This document shows positions 50,427 to 63,082 of a stretch of DNA of 64,000 nucleotides, in pieces (position 1 is the stretch's first letter; every line of letters begins with the position of its first letter). Source of the stretch: Eledone cirrhosa (lineage: Eukaryota); contig OZ024758.1 in assembly GCA_964016885.1 (NCBI GenBank), positions 28,024,001 through 28,088,000 of the forward strand. Reading direction: 5' to 3'. The notes below the pieces were generated by a model, which was not told the DNA's origin, did not search any database, and saw nothing but the letters and a program-made list of their open reading frames with translations. The position numbers were made by a program, and so were the translations under genes.

Positions 50427-53400
50427 CCATGCGGTATTCTAATCCTATTGTATCTCTCTCAGTTATTTACCATGCGACCCTCAGTTCCTACCCCCCCCCC
50501 CTCTCTATGCACTTCTTTAAGGCTTACTACCCTGTCTTTAACCTAATTCATTCAATCTGAAAATATTGAAGAGATAAGACACTTTCCCATTCTTCTCTGC
50601 TAAAATATATCACTAGAGCTGATTCCAATTTTCCCAGCCAGCCATCCATCTAATCTACGAAGGTATTTTAGCCTACATATTGTCGTTAATATTATGATGT
50701 TCCCTGCTGTATTAGCGTTAAATTTTCCCTGCTGTATTAGCGATAAATTTTCGAGGGTTTCTCTTAGTAGTTTTTTTCATGACGTTATTATTGTTAATTT
50801 TACTGATGTAGTATTAACTTGGATATTTACCATGCGACCCTCAGTTCCTACCTCACAATTTCCCTCCCCCCACCCCCACACACCACCATAGTCTATTCGA
50901 CCAATCAAACCTAGCATGCCATTTCCACTGCTGCTGCTGCTACTACCTGCCTAACTAACTCTCTCCTCCTCTGGCGCATCCCAACACACCCTGCCATTAC
51001 CCCACCACCACTGTCCTTCTAGCCCTCAATTTTCCCACCGTTATGGATGGATGAGCTGGGAATACACGAGCAACTCTGAATCAATAGATGAAATATGAAT
51101 CTGCGAGCTACCAAGCACCCACGTGAAGCGCCAACCCAGAGACCCTCCCCTACGAGTGTCGACAAATGCCCAAAACTCCGAGTTGGTACCATCAATGTAG
51201 GCTCAATGAAAGGAAGAGCAGGAGAAATCGTAGAAATGCTAGAGCGAAAGGAAGTTGATGTATGCTGTGTGCAAGAGACTAGATGGAGAGGAGGGTCTGC
51301 TAGAGTCCTTGTAGGAAAAAGCCAGTGCTACAAATTTTTCTGGGTGGGAAATGACGATGGGATGGGTGGTGTAGGTATACTATTAGCTGACAAGTGGGTA
51401 GATAAAGTAATCTCAGTGTACAGGGTAAATGCAAGAATCATTAAACTCAGACTAGTCCTGAATAAGACAATTACCACAATAATATCAGCTTACGCACCCC
51501 AATCGGGGCTGCCAGACGAACTTAAGGATAGGTTTTACGAGTCCCTAATACACACTACTGCTCTAACAGACGACAAGGACTTCCTAATCATTGCAGGAGA
51601 TTTTAACGGACACGTAGGTAAACACTGCGACGGCTTCAATAGAGTACATGGAGGCCATGGAGTTGGCACAAGGAATGAGGAAGGATTCAGACTTCTAGAA
51701 TTCTGCGACGCCAATGACATGTCGATATGTAACACAAACTTTAAAAAACCCGACAACCACCTGATCACCTATAGATCAGGGGAGCACTCTAGTCAGTTAG
51801 ATTTTATCCTCATCAGAGGACGTGACAGATGGACGGTCGTAAACACAAAAGCCTTCCCTAGTGAGGAATGTACATCCCAACATAGCTTAGTTGTCAGCGA
51901 CCTCACGGTCAGAACTAGACGAGCCCTGAAACAGAGGCCAACCTGGAGAAGAAAGATCTGGAAGCTGAAAGTCCCCTCAACCAGTAACAGATTTAAAGAT
52001 ATTTTACTCAACGCCTACGACAGTAAAGAAGAACAGATAGAGACATTTAACGTAGAAGAGAACTGGGAGTTCCTAAAAAATAACTTACTAGAGGCGACGG
52101 ATGAGGTTTGTGGCTGGAGTAAGACCTCAAGCAGGAGGAGAGTGACTTGGTGGTGGAACAATAAGGTAGATGAAGCAGTCAAGGCCAAGAGACAGGCATG
52201 GAAAGAATGGAAGAACGGGGGGAGCAGGGTACATTACATAGAGACCAAGAGGGAAGCTAGGCGACAAGTATACTTAGCTAGGAGGGAAGCAGAGGATAGA
52301 AAATTCAAGCATGTTTTACAACGTGAGGACCAGAAACAGGAGGTATTCAAGATTGCGAGGCAGTGTGTCAGAGATAGTTGTGATGTCATTGGAGAGAAGT
52401 GTATCCGGAATGATAAAGGTGAGCTTGCCCTCACAAGTGCTGAGAAGAAAGATGCATGGAAGAGTCATTATGATAGATTACTAAATGAGGAGAATGCATG
52501 GGAAGAAGAGACCCTACCCCACGTAGACCCTATAGAGGGACCAGCAGTACAAGTCAGCGGCAGCGTAGTAAGTAAGGCAATCAGAGATATGAAGATAGGG
52601 AAGGCAACCGGTCCATCGGGTATAGCTGCCGAGATGCTGAAGGCATCTGGGTCTGTAGGTCACACTATAACCACACGTATCGTTAACCAGGTAATACTAG
52701 AGGGGGCCATACCAAAAGATTGGTGCAGTAGCATCATTGTCAACTGCTACAAAGGTAAAGGCGATGCACTAGATAGAGGAAACTATAGAGGTATAAAGTT
52801 GATGGACCAGGTCATGAAAGTAACAGAAAGAGTTATAGCACAGCTGATTAGGGACTGGGTGAATATAGACGAGATGCAATTTGGGTTTGTACCAGGGAAA
52901 GGCACCACTGATGCGCTCTTCCTTGTGAGGCAATTACAGGAAAAGTACCTAGCTAAAAGTAAGCCACTCTACTTGGCATTTGTCGACCTTGAGAAAGCCT
53001 TTGACAGAGTTCCACGTGCAGTAATCTGGTGGGCTCTTAGAAAACTAGGAGTAGATGAATGGCTTGTGAAAGCGGTACAAGCCATGTATAGGGGAGCAGT
53101 CAGCAAAGTTAGGATTGGCAATGAGTATAGCGAGGAATTTAGCGTACAGGTTGGGGTCCACCAGGGCTCTGTTCTTAGCCCTCTCCTGTTCATCATAGTC
53201 CTGCAGGCAATAACGGAGGAGTTTAAGACCGGATGCCCATGGGAACTCCTGTATGCTGATGACCTCGCACTCATAGCTGAATCTATGGTAGAACTAGAGA
53301 ATAAATTCCAAACCTGGAAGCAGGGACTAGAGAGAAAGGGCCTCAAAGTCAACATGACAAAGACTAAGGTCCTTATAAGTAGACGAGAAAACAGAACCCA

Positions 53401-54525
53401 GATCCCCTCAGGGAAATGGCCTTGCTCAGTATGTAGGAAAGGTGTAGGTAGGAACTCCATTCTTTGCCCCAAATGCAAACAATGGGTACACAAGAGATGT
53501 AGCGGGATCTCAGGAAGCTTAATTAAGAATGTAGGATTCACATGCAGCAGCTGTGCTGAAACAGCAAGCAAACAGCCACAGGAAACAAGTACCACCAATC
53601 TCTGGGAGGGCCCTGTAGAAACAGTAGACAGCTTCTGCTACCTAGGTGACCGAATTAGCAACGGAGGTGGGTGCTCAGAAAGTACAATAACTAGGGTAAG
53701 AACGGGATGGAAGAAGTTTAGGGAACTACTACCACTGCTAGCTGCAAAAGGCTTCTCCCTCAGAATGAAAGGCAGACTGTATGATGCGTGTATCCGAACA
53801 GCGATGTTGCATGGTAGTGAGACCTGGGCGCTGAAGGTGGAAGACTTACGTAGATTAGAGAGAAACGAAGCCTGCATGCTCCGATGGATGTGTAACAGTA
53901 ATATACGTAAACGACAAAGCATAAATGAATTGAGAGAGAGACTGAGCATAAGAGGAATCAAATGCTGCGTGCAGGAGAGGCGGTTACGCTGGTATGGACA
54001 TGTGATGCGTATGAAGGATGACAGCTGCATAAAAAGGTGCAGAGCACTAGAAGTTGATGGAAACCGCGGAGTGGGGAGACCCAAGATGACTTGGGATGAG
54101 GTGATAAAAGCCGACCTTACCCAACTACACCTCTCAAAGTCAATGACACACGACCGTGACTTCTGGCGTCACGCAGTAATACAGGGTACCCGACCTCCCA
54201 TGGGTACATGCTGAAGCATATAAACAATATGCCCCCCCCCCCCCCCCCCCCGCAAGGTGGTCGTGGAGGTGCCACGGCAAAAAAGCACCCAGCCCACACT
54301 GTAAAGTGGACGTGTAGGCGCCACGAAAAAGCACCCAGCACTCACTGTAAATGAGGTTGGTGTTAGGAAGGGCATCCAGCTGTAGAAATCAAGCCAGATC
54401 AGTTCCTGTATGAGCAAGGCATGGTCAGCCGACCAGACACTGCCCACAACAGGACAACCCGTCTAACCCATGCTAGCGTGGAAGAACGGACGTAAAACGG
54501 TGATGATGATGATGATGATGATGAT
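50427..54525 (+). mobile_element. Full-length RTE-clade LINE (subfamily A), antisense within a hexosaminidase intron
   Basis: About 670-nt 5'UTR, a single ORF, and about 290-nt 3'UTR with a (GAT)n tail. Inserted in a CA/TA-rich minisatellite present on both sides. Confidence 0.95.
51095..54214 (+). CDS. RTE LINE ORF: AP endonuclease plus reverse transcriptase with a Cys-rich PHD-like insert, 1039 aa, uninterrupted
   Basis: APE motifs GTINV, CVQETR, SAYAP, GDFNGHVG, LDFIL and SQHSLV; RT motifs QFGF, FVDLEKAFD, GVHQGSVLSPLLF, YADD and YLG. Confidence 0.96.
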   Translation: MNLRATKHPREAPTQRPSPTSVDKCPKLRVGTINVGSMKGRAGEIVEMLERKEVDVCCVQETRWRGGSARVLVGKSQCYKFFWVGNDDGMGGVGILLADKWVDKVISVYRVNARIIKLRLVLNKTITTIISAYAPQSGLPDELKDRFYESLIHTTALTDDKDFLIIAGDFNGHVGKHCDGFNRVHGGHGVGTRNEEGFRLLEFCDANDMSICNTNFKKPDNHLITYRSGEHSSQLDFILIRGRDRWTVVNTKAFPSEECTSQHSLVVSDLTVRTRRALKQRPTWRRKIWKLKVPSTSNRFKDILLNAYDSKEEQIETFNVEENWEFLKNNLLEATDEVCGWSKTSSRRRVTWWWNNKVDEAVKAKRQAWKEWKNGGSRVHYIETKREARRQVYLARREAEDRKFKHVLQREDQKQEVFKIARQCVRDSCDVIGEKCIRNDKGELALTSAEKKDAWKSHYDRLLNEENAWEEETLPHVDPIEGPAVQVSGSVVSKAIRDMKIGKATGPSGIAAEMLKASGSVGHTITTRIVNQVILEGAIPKDWCSSIIVNCYKGKGDALDRGNYRGIKLMDQVMKVTERVIAQLIRDWVNIDEMQFGFVPGKGTTDALFLVRQLQEKYLAKSKPLYLAFVDLEKAFDRVPRAVIWWALRKLGVDEWLVKAVQAMYRGAVSKVRIGNEYSEEFSVQVGVHQGSVLSPLLFIIVLQAITEEFKTGCPWELLYADDLALIAESMVELENKFQTWKQGLERKGLKVNMTKTKVLISRRENRTQIPSGKWPCSVCRKGVGRNSILCPKCKQWVHKRCSGISGSLIKNVGFTCSSCAETASKQPQETSTTNLWEGPVETVDSFCYLGDRISNGGGCSESTITRVRTGWKKFRELLPLLAAKGFSLRMKGRLYDACIRTAMLHGSETWALKVEDLRRLERNEACMLRWMCNSNIRKRQSINELRERLSIRGIKCCVQERRLRWYGHVMRMKDDSCIKRCRALEVDGNRGVGRPKMTWDEVIKADLTQLHLSKSMTHDRDFWRHAVIQGTRPPMGTC

Positions 54526-54979
54526 ATACACACAATATATATACACACACACTTATATAGTTATTAGTCAATATACAGATACACACAAACACACACACAC
54601 ATATATATAGCCACATACACACAATATATATATACACACACACACTTATATAGCTATTAGTCAATATACAGATACACACAAACACACACACACGCATATA
54701 TATATATATGCCCAGACACAATATATATATACACACACTCATAGTTATTAGTCAATATACAGATACACACAAACACACACACACATATATATATATATAC
54801 CCACATACACACAATATATACACACACACACTTATATAGTTATTAGTCAATATACAGATACACACAAACACACACACACACATATATATATACCCACATA
54901 CACACAATATATATATACACACACTTATATAGTTATTAGTCAATATACAGATACACACAAACACACACACACATATATA

Positions 54980-55329
54980 TCATCATCATCATCATCATCA
55001 TTTCATTTCACGTCCGCTTTTTCCCTGCTTGCAAGGGTGGGACGGGAACTGGTTCTGGCTTGATTTCTACAGCTGGATGCCCTTCCTAACACCAACCTCA
55101 TTTACAGTGAGTGCTGGGTGCTTTTTTGCCGTGGCACCTCCACAACCACTTTACAGTGGAATGATATGGACCCCAGTCCCTATCATCTCATTTCTACAGC
55201 TGAGTAAACTGGAGCAATGTGAAATAAAGTGTCTTGCTCAAGGAAACAACACATCACCCGATCTGAGAATTGAACTCACAACCTTTCGATTGCAAGGCCA
55301 ATGCTCTAACCACTAAGCCATGTGCCTCC
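54980..55329 (-). mobile_element. SINE family 1 copy
   Basis: Reverse complement of 8871-9211. Confidence 0.9.
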
Positions 55330-55408
55330 ATATATATATATATATACACACAATATATATATACACACACACTTATATAGTTATTAGTCAATATACAGAT
55401 ACACACAA

Positions 55409-55441
<33 letters not shown>

Positions 55442-55584
55442 GCCACATACCCACATACACACAATATATATATACACACACACTTATATAGCTATTAGTC
55501 AATATACAGATACACACAAACACATATATATATATACACACAATATATATACACACACCCATAGTTATTAGTCAATATACATAC

Positions 55585-55675
55585 CTGGAAGTTATTATTA
55601 AGAACCTCTTGCCAGAGAACCACCCGAACTCCCTCTGGTCTTCTTTTACCAATTTTTGCCAGGTCATTAATAACT
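55585..55675 (-). CDS. HEXB: Beta-hexosaminidase exon
   Basis: Acceptor ccacag and donor gtatgt. Translates (R)VINDLAKIGKRRPEGVRVVLWQEVLNNNFQ, with the conserved VWQEV-type motif. 91 nt, phase 2 to 0. Confidence 0.92.
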
Positions 55676-55731
55676 CTGTGGAAAATAAGTGAAGAAAAAT
55701 GTGTACTGCTATTTCCCCAAAACTATTAGTT

Positions 55732-57332
55732 TTAACCCTTTAGTATTTACATTACTCTATATATACTATTGTATTTTCACAGTAAGGGCTTTACCTCACA
55801 TAATATCTCACATAACATTTACATTACTCTATATATACTATTGTATTTTCACAGTAAGGGCTTTACCTCACATAATGTCTCACATAACATTTACATTACT
55901 CTATATATACTATTGTATTTTCATGGTAAAGGCTTTACCTCACATAATATCTCACATATCATTTACATTACTCTATATATACCATTGTATTTTCACAGTA
56001 AGGGCTTTACCTCACATAACATTTACATTACTCTATATATACCATTGTATTTTCACAGTAAGGGCTTTACCTCACATAATATCTCACATAACATTTACAT
56101 TACTCTATATATACCATTGTATTTTCACAGTAAGGGCTTTACCTCACATAATGTCTCACATAACATTTACATTACTCTATATATACCATTGTATTTTCAC
56201 AGTAAGGGCTTTACCTCACATAATGTCTCACATAACATTTACATTACTCTATATATACCATTGTATTTTCACAGTAAGGGCTTTACCTCACATAATATCT
56301 CATAACATTTACATTACTCTATATATACTATTGTATTTTCACAGTAAGGGCTTTACCTCACATAATATCTCATAACATTTACATTACTCTATATATACTA
56401 TTGTATTTTCACAGTAAGGGCTTTACCTCACATAACATTTACATTACTCTATATTTACTATTGTATTTTCACAGTAAGGGCTTTACCTCACATAACATTT
56501 ACATTACTCTATATATACTATTGTATTTTCACAGTAAGGGCTTTACCTCACATAATATCTCACGTACCATTTACATTACTCTATATATACTATTGTATTT
56601 TCACAGTAAAGGCTTTACCTCACATAACATTCACATTACTCTATATATACTATTGTATTTTCACAGTAAAGGCTTTACCTCACATAATATCTCACATACC
56701 ATTTACATTACTCTATATATACTATTGTATTTTCACAGTAAAGGCTTTACCTCACATAACATTCACATTACTCTATATATACTGTTGTATTTTCACAGTA
56801 AAGGCTTTACCTCACATAACATTCACATTACTCTATATATACTATTGTATTTTCACAGTAAAGGCTTTACCTCACATAACATTCACATTACTCTATATAT
56901 ACTATTGTATTTTCACAGTAAAGGCTTTACCTCACATAACATTTACATTACTCTATATATACTATTGTATTTCCACGATAAAAGCTTTATCTCACATAAT
57001 GTCAAATCTATGAGATTTTGATTCAATATTATGTGAGGTAAAGCCTTTACCATGAAAATACAACAGTATATATAGAGTAATGTGAATGTTATGTGAGGTA
57101 AAGCCTTTACTGTGAAAATACAACAGTATATATAGAGTAATGTGAATGTTATGTGAGGTAAAGCATTTACTGTGAAAATACAATAGTATATATATATAGA
57201 GTAATGTAAATATATAGAATAATGTAAATATATAGAGTAATGTAAATATATAGAGTAATGTAAATATATAGAGTAATGTAAATATATAGAGTAATGTAAA
57301 TATATAGAATAATGTAAATGCTAAAGGGTTAA
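55732..57332. mobile_element. Foldback piggyBac-type MITE (two left ends) with a 60/72-bp minisatellite expansion
   Basis: Termini TTAA|CCCTTTAG ... CTAAAGGG|TTAA. The repeat orientation flips at about 57000-57025. It fills most of intron 55676-57370. Confidence 0.82.
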
Positions 57333-57370
57333 ATTAATTTATTAGTTTCATTTTTTTTAGAGTTCCTCAC

Positions 57371-57472
57371 CTTCTTTCATAGTATTCCAAAACTTTATGA
57401 ACGTCTGTGTCTTCTGCTAAATTAGAGCTAGTTAGATGAGCAGCAAAGCGAATTACTTCAGGGTTTGATTGC
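57371..57472 (-). CDS. HEXB: Beta-hexosaminidase exon
   Basis: Acceptor caatag and donor gtgagg. Translates (W)QSNPEVIRFAAHLTSSNLAEDTDVHKVLEYYER(R), resembling WKSNPEI...LESFY of HEXA/B. 102 nt, phases fit both neighbours. Confidence 0.92.
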
Positions 57473-57552
57473 CTATTGATACAAAAAAAAAAAAAAAAAA
57501 AAAAAAAAAATTCAGATGTGAATTAATTATTCATACATGCATATATACATAC

Positions 57553-57942
57553 ATTATTTTTACTTTTGGCACAGGCCAGCAATTACCCCAGTGTATTGCT
57601 GGTATTTTATTTTATCAACCTCATAAGGATGAAAGGCAAAGTTAACCTCGGTGGGATTTGAATTCAGAACATAAAGGGCCATAACTCTATGCTGCAAAGC
57701 ATGGTGTCTGACGCTCTACCGATACTGCCATTCCAATACGTACATACAAAACATAATTATTTTTACTTTTGGCACAAGGCTAGCAATTACCCCAGTGCAT
57801 TACTGGTACTTTATTTTATCAACCCCGTAAGGATGAAAGGCAAAGTTAACCTACGCGGGATTTGAACTCAGAACGTAAAGGGCCGTAACTCTATGCGTCA
57901 AAGGATGGCGTCCGACCCTCTACCGATACTGCCAATCCACCG
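57553..57942 (-). mobile_element. Two tandem family 2 SINEs
   Basis: Reverse-complement core and A/B boxes. Further copies lie at about 58367-58550, 59465-59843 (two) and 62883-63077. Confidence 0.85.
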
Positions 57943-58849
57943 CACATACATACATACATAATGGTTGCATCTCAGTTTTAAGAATTGCCAGCCCTTGACC
58001 TTTTTTTCATACAAGGGTGGCACAAACTTGACTTTTTAGGTGACTGGAGATGTGAGTGAAAGGTGAGGAGAGATTTCACCTGACTTTCCATTCTCACAAA
58101 GGTTGGATGAGAATGGAATTTCAGGAAACAGTTTTCCTAGTAGTAATGGAGACTTGCGATGTTCTTGGCTCCTGGACAACATCAATACTATCAGGGTGGA
58201 GTTGGCTAGCAACAGGTGCAAGCCCTGCTAGGTAGAGTGGCTGTTCCTGTGTGACTCCCTCAACATCTTCTGAGGCAATGTTTTCTTCATCCTATCAGGC
58301 AAGGACCACGAGGCAGATGACATATTAGGGTAGAAGTAGGGTGGCAGTCATCAGACAAAAGGGTTAATAATTGTTTCTACTATTGCCACAAGGCCAGAAA
58401 TTACCCAGTACGTTACTGGTACTTTATTTTATCGACCCCCGTAAGGATGAAAGGCAAAGTTAACCTCGGCGGGATTTGAACTCAGAATGGCAAGGGCCGT
58501 AACTCTATGCGTCAAAGCATGGCGTCCGACCCTCTACCGATACTGCCAATAATGCTAACATACAGCTAAATATTTCAATGTCTTTTTTTAAAATAAAAAT
58601 TCAAATATCCTCATAAAATAAATAACGATGTTTTTTAATCATAACAGTTGGAATATAATTGAAAACTAACTGTACATGAATAGACTCATTCTAATTTTAG
58701 GCTTATTAACTCTTTTGTTATCAACCTGACCAAAACTGGCTCTGAATCTATGAAATAAAATCATCCATTTTAAAGGTTTCCAATTAAATCTTCCACCCTA
58801 ATTTGATATAAGAACCTTACATTAAGTTACTATCTAAGTAATGAAATAA

Positions 58850-59028
58850 TTACTGCATTTCCCGGCAGCCAAGGCGCTTTGTCCTTGAGGACACACCCTA
58901 ATTTTGACAGCCAAAAATTTGAAAAAAAAAAAAATAATAAACAATCTTCGGCCTCCGGGACCCAGGGTAGATTTTTGAGACTTATTTTAGGAAAAACGTA
59001 GCATCTTCGATGGCAGGAAATACGGTAA
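58850..59028. mobile_element. Tc1/pogo-type MITE remnant
   Basis: Imperfect terminal inverted repeats TACTGCATTTCC ... GGAAATACGGTA. Confidence 0.55.
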
Positions 59029-59154
59029 TAATTTTAGTAAATTCTGGAGCAGGATGCTAAGGAGTGCTGTCAGGCAGGAGCCACCCCTCCAAGAACACAT
59101 ATTTTAGTTGGCAGTATGACTCTACCAAAGTACTACAATATAAAAGATACTTAC

Positions 59155-59362
59155 CAACAAGTCAATGGCACTTCATCTCCTCCAAGGTGAATGTATTTGT
59201 CTTTGAAAACATGTAAAACTTCATTAAGTAACTTTTTCAGGAATGTATAACTCATGTTTTTAGTAGGGTTGATTGGTCCTAGATAGCCACTAACAGGCCG
59301 ACTTCTCTCATAACACTGAGTTAATAAGTCAGGCCGGCCAAGACCCCAAGAATATGTATGCC
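59155..59362 (-). CDS. HEXB: Beta-hexosaminidase (GH20, HEXB-like): first exon within the window, carrying the catalytic motif
   Basis: Acceptor ttttag and donor gtaagt. Translates (G)HTYSWGLGRPDLLTQCYERSRPVSGYLGPINPTKNMSYTFLKKLLNEVLHVFKDKYIHLGGDEVPLTC(W). HLGGDE holds the GH20 catalytic Asp-Glu pair. 208 nt, phase 1 to 2. Confidence 0.95.
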
Positions 59363-60050
59363 CTAAAATCAGAAAAAAACCAAAAAAAACCCCATTATTT
59401 TAATAAACAAATGTTTAGGAATATCACAATAAAAATGAGTCAATTATGAAAAATAGTTCTAAAATAATTGTTTCTACTTTAGGTACAAGGCCAGCAATCT
59501 GAAGAGGAGGGGGAAAGTCGATTAAATCGACCTCAGTGCATTACTGGTGCTTTATTGTATCAACCCCATAAGGTTGAAAGGCAAAGCTAACACTTCAGTG
59601 GCATTTGAACTCAGAATGAAAAGGGCTGAAGCAAGGCATAATGTCCGACGTTAAAAATAATTGTTTCTACTTAGGCACAAGGCCAGCAATTACCCAGTGC
59701 ATTACTGGTACTTTATTTTATCGACCCCGTAAGGATGAAAGGCAAAGTTAACCTTGGCGGGATTTGAACTCAGACTGTAAAGGGACATAACTATGCTGCA
59801 AAGCATGGCGTCCGACCCTCTACCGATACTGCCAATTCACCGCCCTCACGTCCAACGTTAAAAATAATAAATAATGTTTATTGTTTCTATTTTAATTTCT
59901 TACAGAAGATTTTACTTTAATACGCTTATCATAAAATATTTAGACATGATTTTGGAAGGCGTTTTTAGTGATATTAATTGCCAATTGTAGAAGGTAAATA
60001 ATTCTATCATGTAGTCCTATAAAAGATCACTAAATCATTATTTATTAACT

Positions 60051-60304
60051 TGTTTCCTTGAGCAAGACACTTTATTTCACATTGCTCCAGTTTACTCAGC
60101 TGTAGAAATGAGATGATAGGACTGGGGTCCCTATCATTCCACTGCAAAGTGGTCGTGGAGGTGCCACAATAAAAAAGCACCCAGCACTCACTGTAAATGA
60201 GGTTGGTGTTAGGAAGGGCATCCAGCTGTAGAAATCAAACCAGAATCAGTTCCCGTCCCACCCTTGCAAGCAGGGAAAAGCAGACATAAAATGATGATGA
60301 TGAT
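60051..60304 (+). mobile_element. 5'-truncated family 1 SINE
   Basis: CORE-like body plus RTE subfamily C tail. Related SINEs with different bodies lie at about 60395-60723 and 62383-62625 on the minus strand. Confidence 0.85.
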
Positions 60305-60771
60305 TGTGTAGAAATACAAAAAAGTAATTTTTATAAAGACTTTTCATAGGATTTCTAATTTTGTCAAACTATTTCATCAACCATAATAATATGGTATGTG
60401 TGTTTGGATAAAGATCCCCTTTGGTCACGAATGACCATGGGATTTGCACTTAGAAAGTTCCCCTCCAAGGCACAAGTCCAGGAAGACCAGCAGTCACCCA
60501 TGCATACCAGTTTCCCCTCTCCATGTCACCGATGTTGTCCAAGGGAAAGGCAAAAGCCAATACAGCTTGGCATCAGTGACATCACAACTCATTTCCACAG
60601 CTGAGTGAACTGGAACAATATGAAATAAAGTGTCTTGCTCAAGAACACAACCCAAAGCCCGGTCCAACAATCAAACTCACAACCTCAGGATTGCAAACCC
60701 GACACTCTAACCACTAAGCCATGCAAATTGAATGATTTCACTAATTACTTTGTGTATGTGTGTGTGTGTAT

Positions 60772-61908
60772 ATCATCATCATCATCATCATCACCATTTT
60801 ACGTTCATTCTTCCACACTAGCATGGGTTAGATGGGTTGTCCTGTTGTGGGCAGTAGCCGGTTGGCTGACCTTGTCTTGCTCATACAGGAACTGATTCTG
60901 GCTTGATTCCTACAGCTGGATGCCCTTCCTAACACCAATCTCATTTACAGTGAGTGCTGGGTGCTTTTTTTCCATGGCGCCTACACAACCATTTTACAGT
61001 GGGAGGGGTGGGGGCATACTGTCTATATGCTTCAGCTTCGGCTTGTACCCATGAGAAAGGGGTCTTCTGTATTTCTGCACGACGCCAGAGGTCACGGTCC
61101 TGTGTCATCGCCTTTGAGAGGTGTAATTGGGTAAGGTTGGCTTTTATCAAGTCATCCTAGGTTTTCTTGGGTCTCCCCACTCCACGGCTTCCATCGACTT
61201 CTAGTGCTCTGCACCTTTTTATGCAGCTGTCATCCTTCATACACATCACATGTCCATACCAACGCAACCGCCTCTCCTGCATACAGCATTTGATTCCTCT
61301 TATGCTCCCTCTCAATTTGTTTATGCTTTACCATTCGCATATATTACTATTACACATCCATCGGAGCATGCAGGCTTCGTTTCTTTCCAATCTACGTAAG
61401 TCTTCTACACACAGCACCCAGGTCTCACTATCATGTAACATTGTTGTTCGTATGCACGCATCATACAGTCTGCTTTTCATTTTGAGGGAAAAGCCTTTTG
61501 CAGCTAGCAGTGGGAGTAGCTCCCTAAACTTCTTCCATCCCGTTCTTACCCTAGTTATTGTACTTTCCGAACACCCACCTCCACTGCTAATTTGGTCTCC
61601 TAGGTAGCAAAAGCTGTCTACTGTTTCTACAGAGCCCCCCCCCCCCCCAGTTTGGTGGTGCTTGTTTCCTGCAGCCGTCCCGGTGCAGCTGCTACATGTG
61701 AAGCCTACATTCTTAGCTAAGCTTCCCGAGATCCCACTTCATCTCTTGTGTACCCATTGTTTGCATTTGGGGCAGAGGATGGAGTTCCTACCTACACCTT
61801 TGCTACATACTGAGCAAGGCCATTTCCCTGAGGGGATCTGGGCTCTGTTTTCTCGTCTACTTACGAGGACCTTAGTCTTTGAGACTCTTTCTTTCTAGTC
61901 CCTGCTTC
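60772..61908 (-). mobile_element. Older, decayed 5'-truncated RTE subfamily A-like copy
   Basis: Reverse-complement homology to 53310-54525, with stops and indels. Confidence 0.9.
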
Positions 61909-63082
61909 CTATATATTTATTCAATTAGAGAAAGTTGGTTGATTTAGAATCAGCCAATTTTAACATAACAGATGTCAAGCAATCGATGGTTTATGTTTAT
62001 CCGGAGTTTCGATATAATAATAAACAAATAAGACAGTTATTTTAGTCCATCACTATTTATTTTATTATACATATTTCAAAGATGGCTTATGTATAACATC
62101 AGCCAAACATGTTCTCTTCAGATAAAATCCAAAGGGGATGTAAATATCTTTTGATATGTAAGCGGTCAGATGAGTTATTCACTTCAGCGACCGGCCAGCA
62201 CATGCCTGGAAAGACTTCAACGCAGTAGATATATATATATATATGTGTGTGTGTACGTGTGACAACAACAACAAACGGCAGCATCACGAACAAGGGCAAC
62301 CAAGATGGTTTTTTTCAGTGACTGCAGGGACCCAGAAATAACTATATCTGCTATCACTTGTCAACAAAGATGTCAAAATTGTCCCAGACTAAGACATCAG
62401 GCTGGTGTTTATCCCGGTGTCATGCTGTGAAACAACTGAGAGTACAAGATCCCTTCCCTTGAACAGGACACCAATCCATTGTAGGATTAAATCCCAGCTA
62501 TTGCTGGTACTCATTTTCAGCTGAGTATACTGGAGCAACGTGAAATGAAGTGTCTTGCTCAAGAACACAACACACAACATTATGATTGTAAGTCCAACAC
62601 CCTTACCACTAGGCCATGCACCACTGTGTATTAAGGTAAACTATTACATAATTTATTTCCCTGTTAACAGCAATTCAACAATAACATCTTATAACAACTT
62701 TGATGAGTTGTGGTGCACCTGGGCACTGTACACAATATTTCATTATTGTTATTATTATTATATCATGACTCATACACTGTTCATTTTCCTGACATTTGTA
62801 CATTATTCTATGTACTATACATGCACCTTTGATGAGTTGTAGTGCACCTGAGCACTGTTCACAATAATTTCATTATTATTATTATAATTGTTTCTACATT
62901 TGACACAAGGCCAGCAATTACCCAGTACATTACTGGTACTTTATTTTATCGACCCCGTAAGGATGAAAAGTAAAGTTAGTTAACCTCGTTGGGATTTGAA
63001 CTCAGACCATAAAGGGCCGTAACTCTATGCTTCAAAGCATGGCGTCCGACCCTCTACCGATACTGCCAGTCCACCGCCTTAA

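Noticed and set aside
62099-62299. Candidate upstream hexosaminidase exon
   Set aside because: It shows no similarity to the expected ...YARLRGIRV..EFDTP segment, so the upstream exons lie outside the window.
62697-62885. Twice-repeated TTTGATGAGTTGT.GTGCACCTG as a hammerhead
   Set aside because: No GAAA or stems follow. It ends in (ATT)n and looks like a short retroposon 3' tail.
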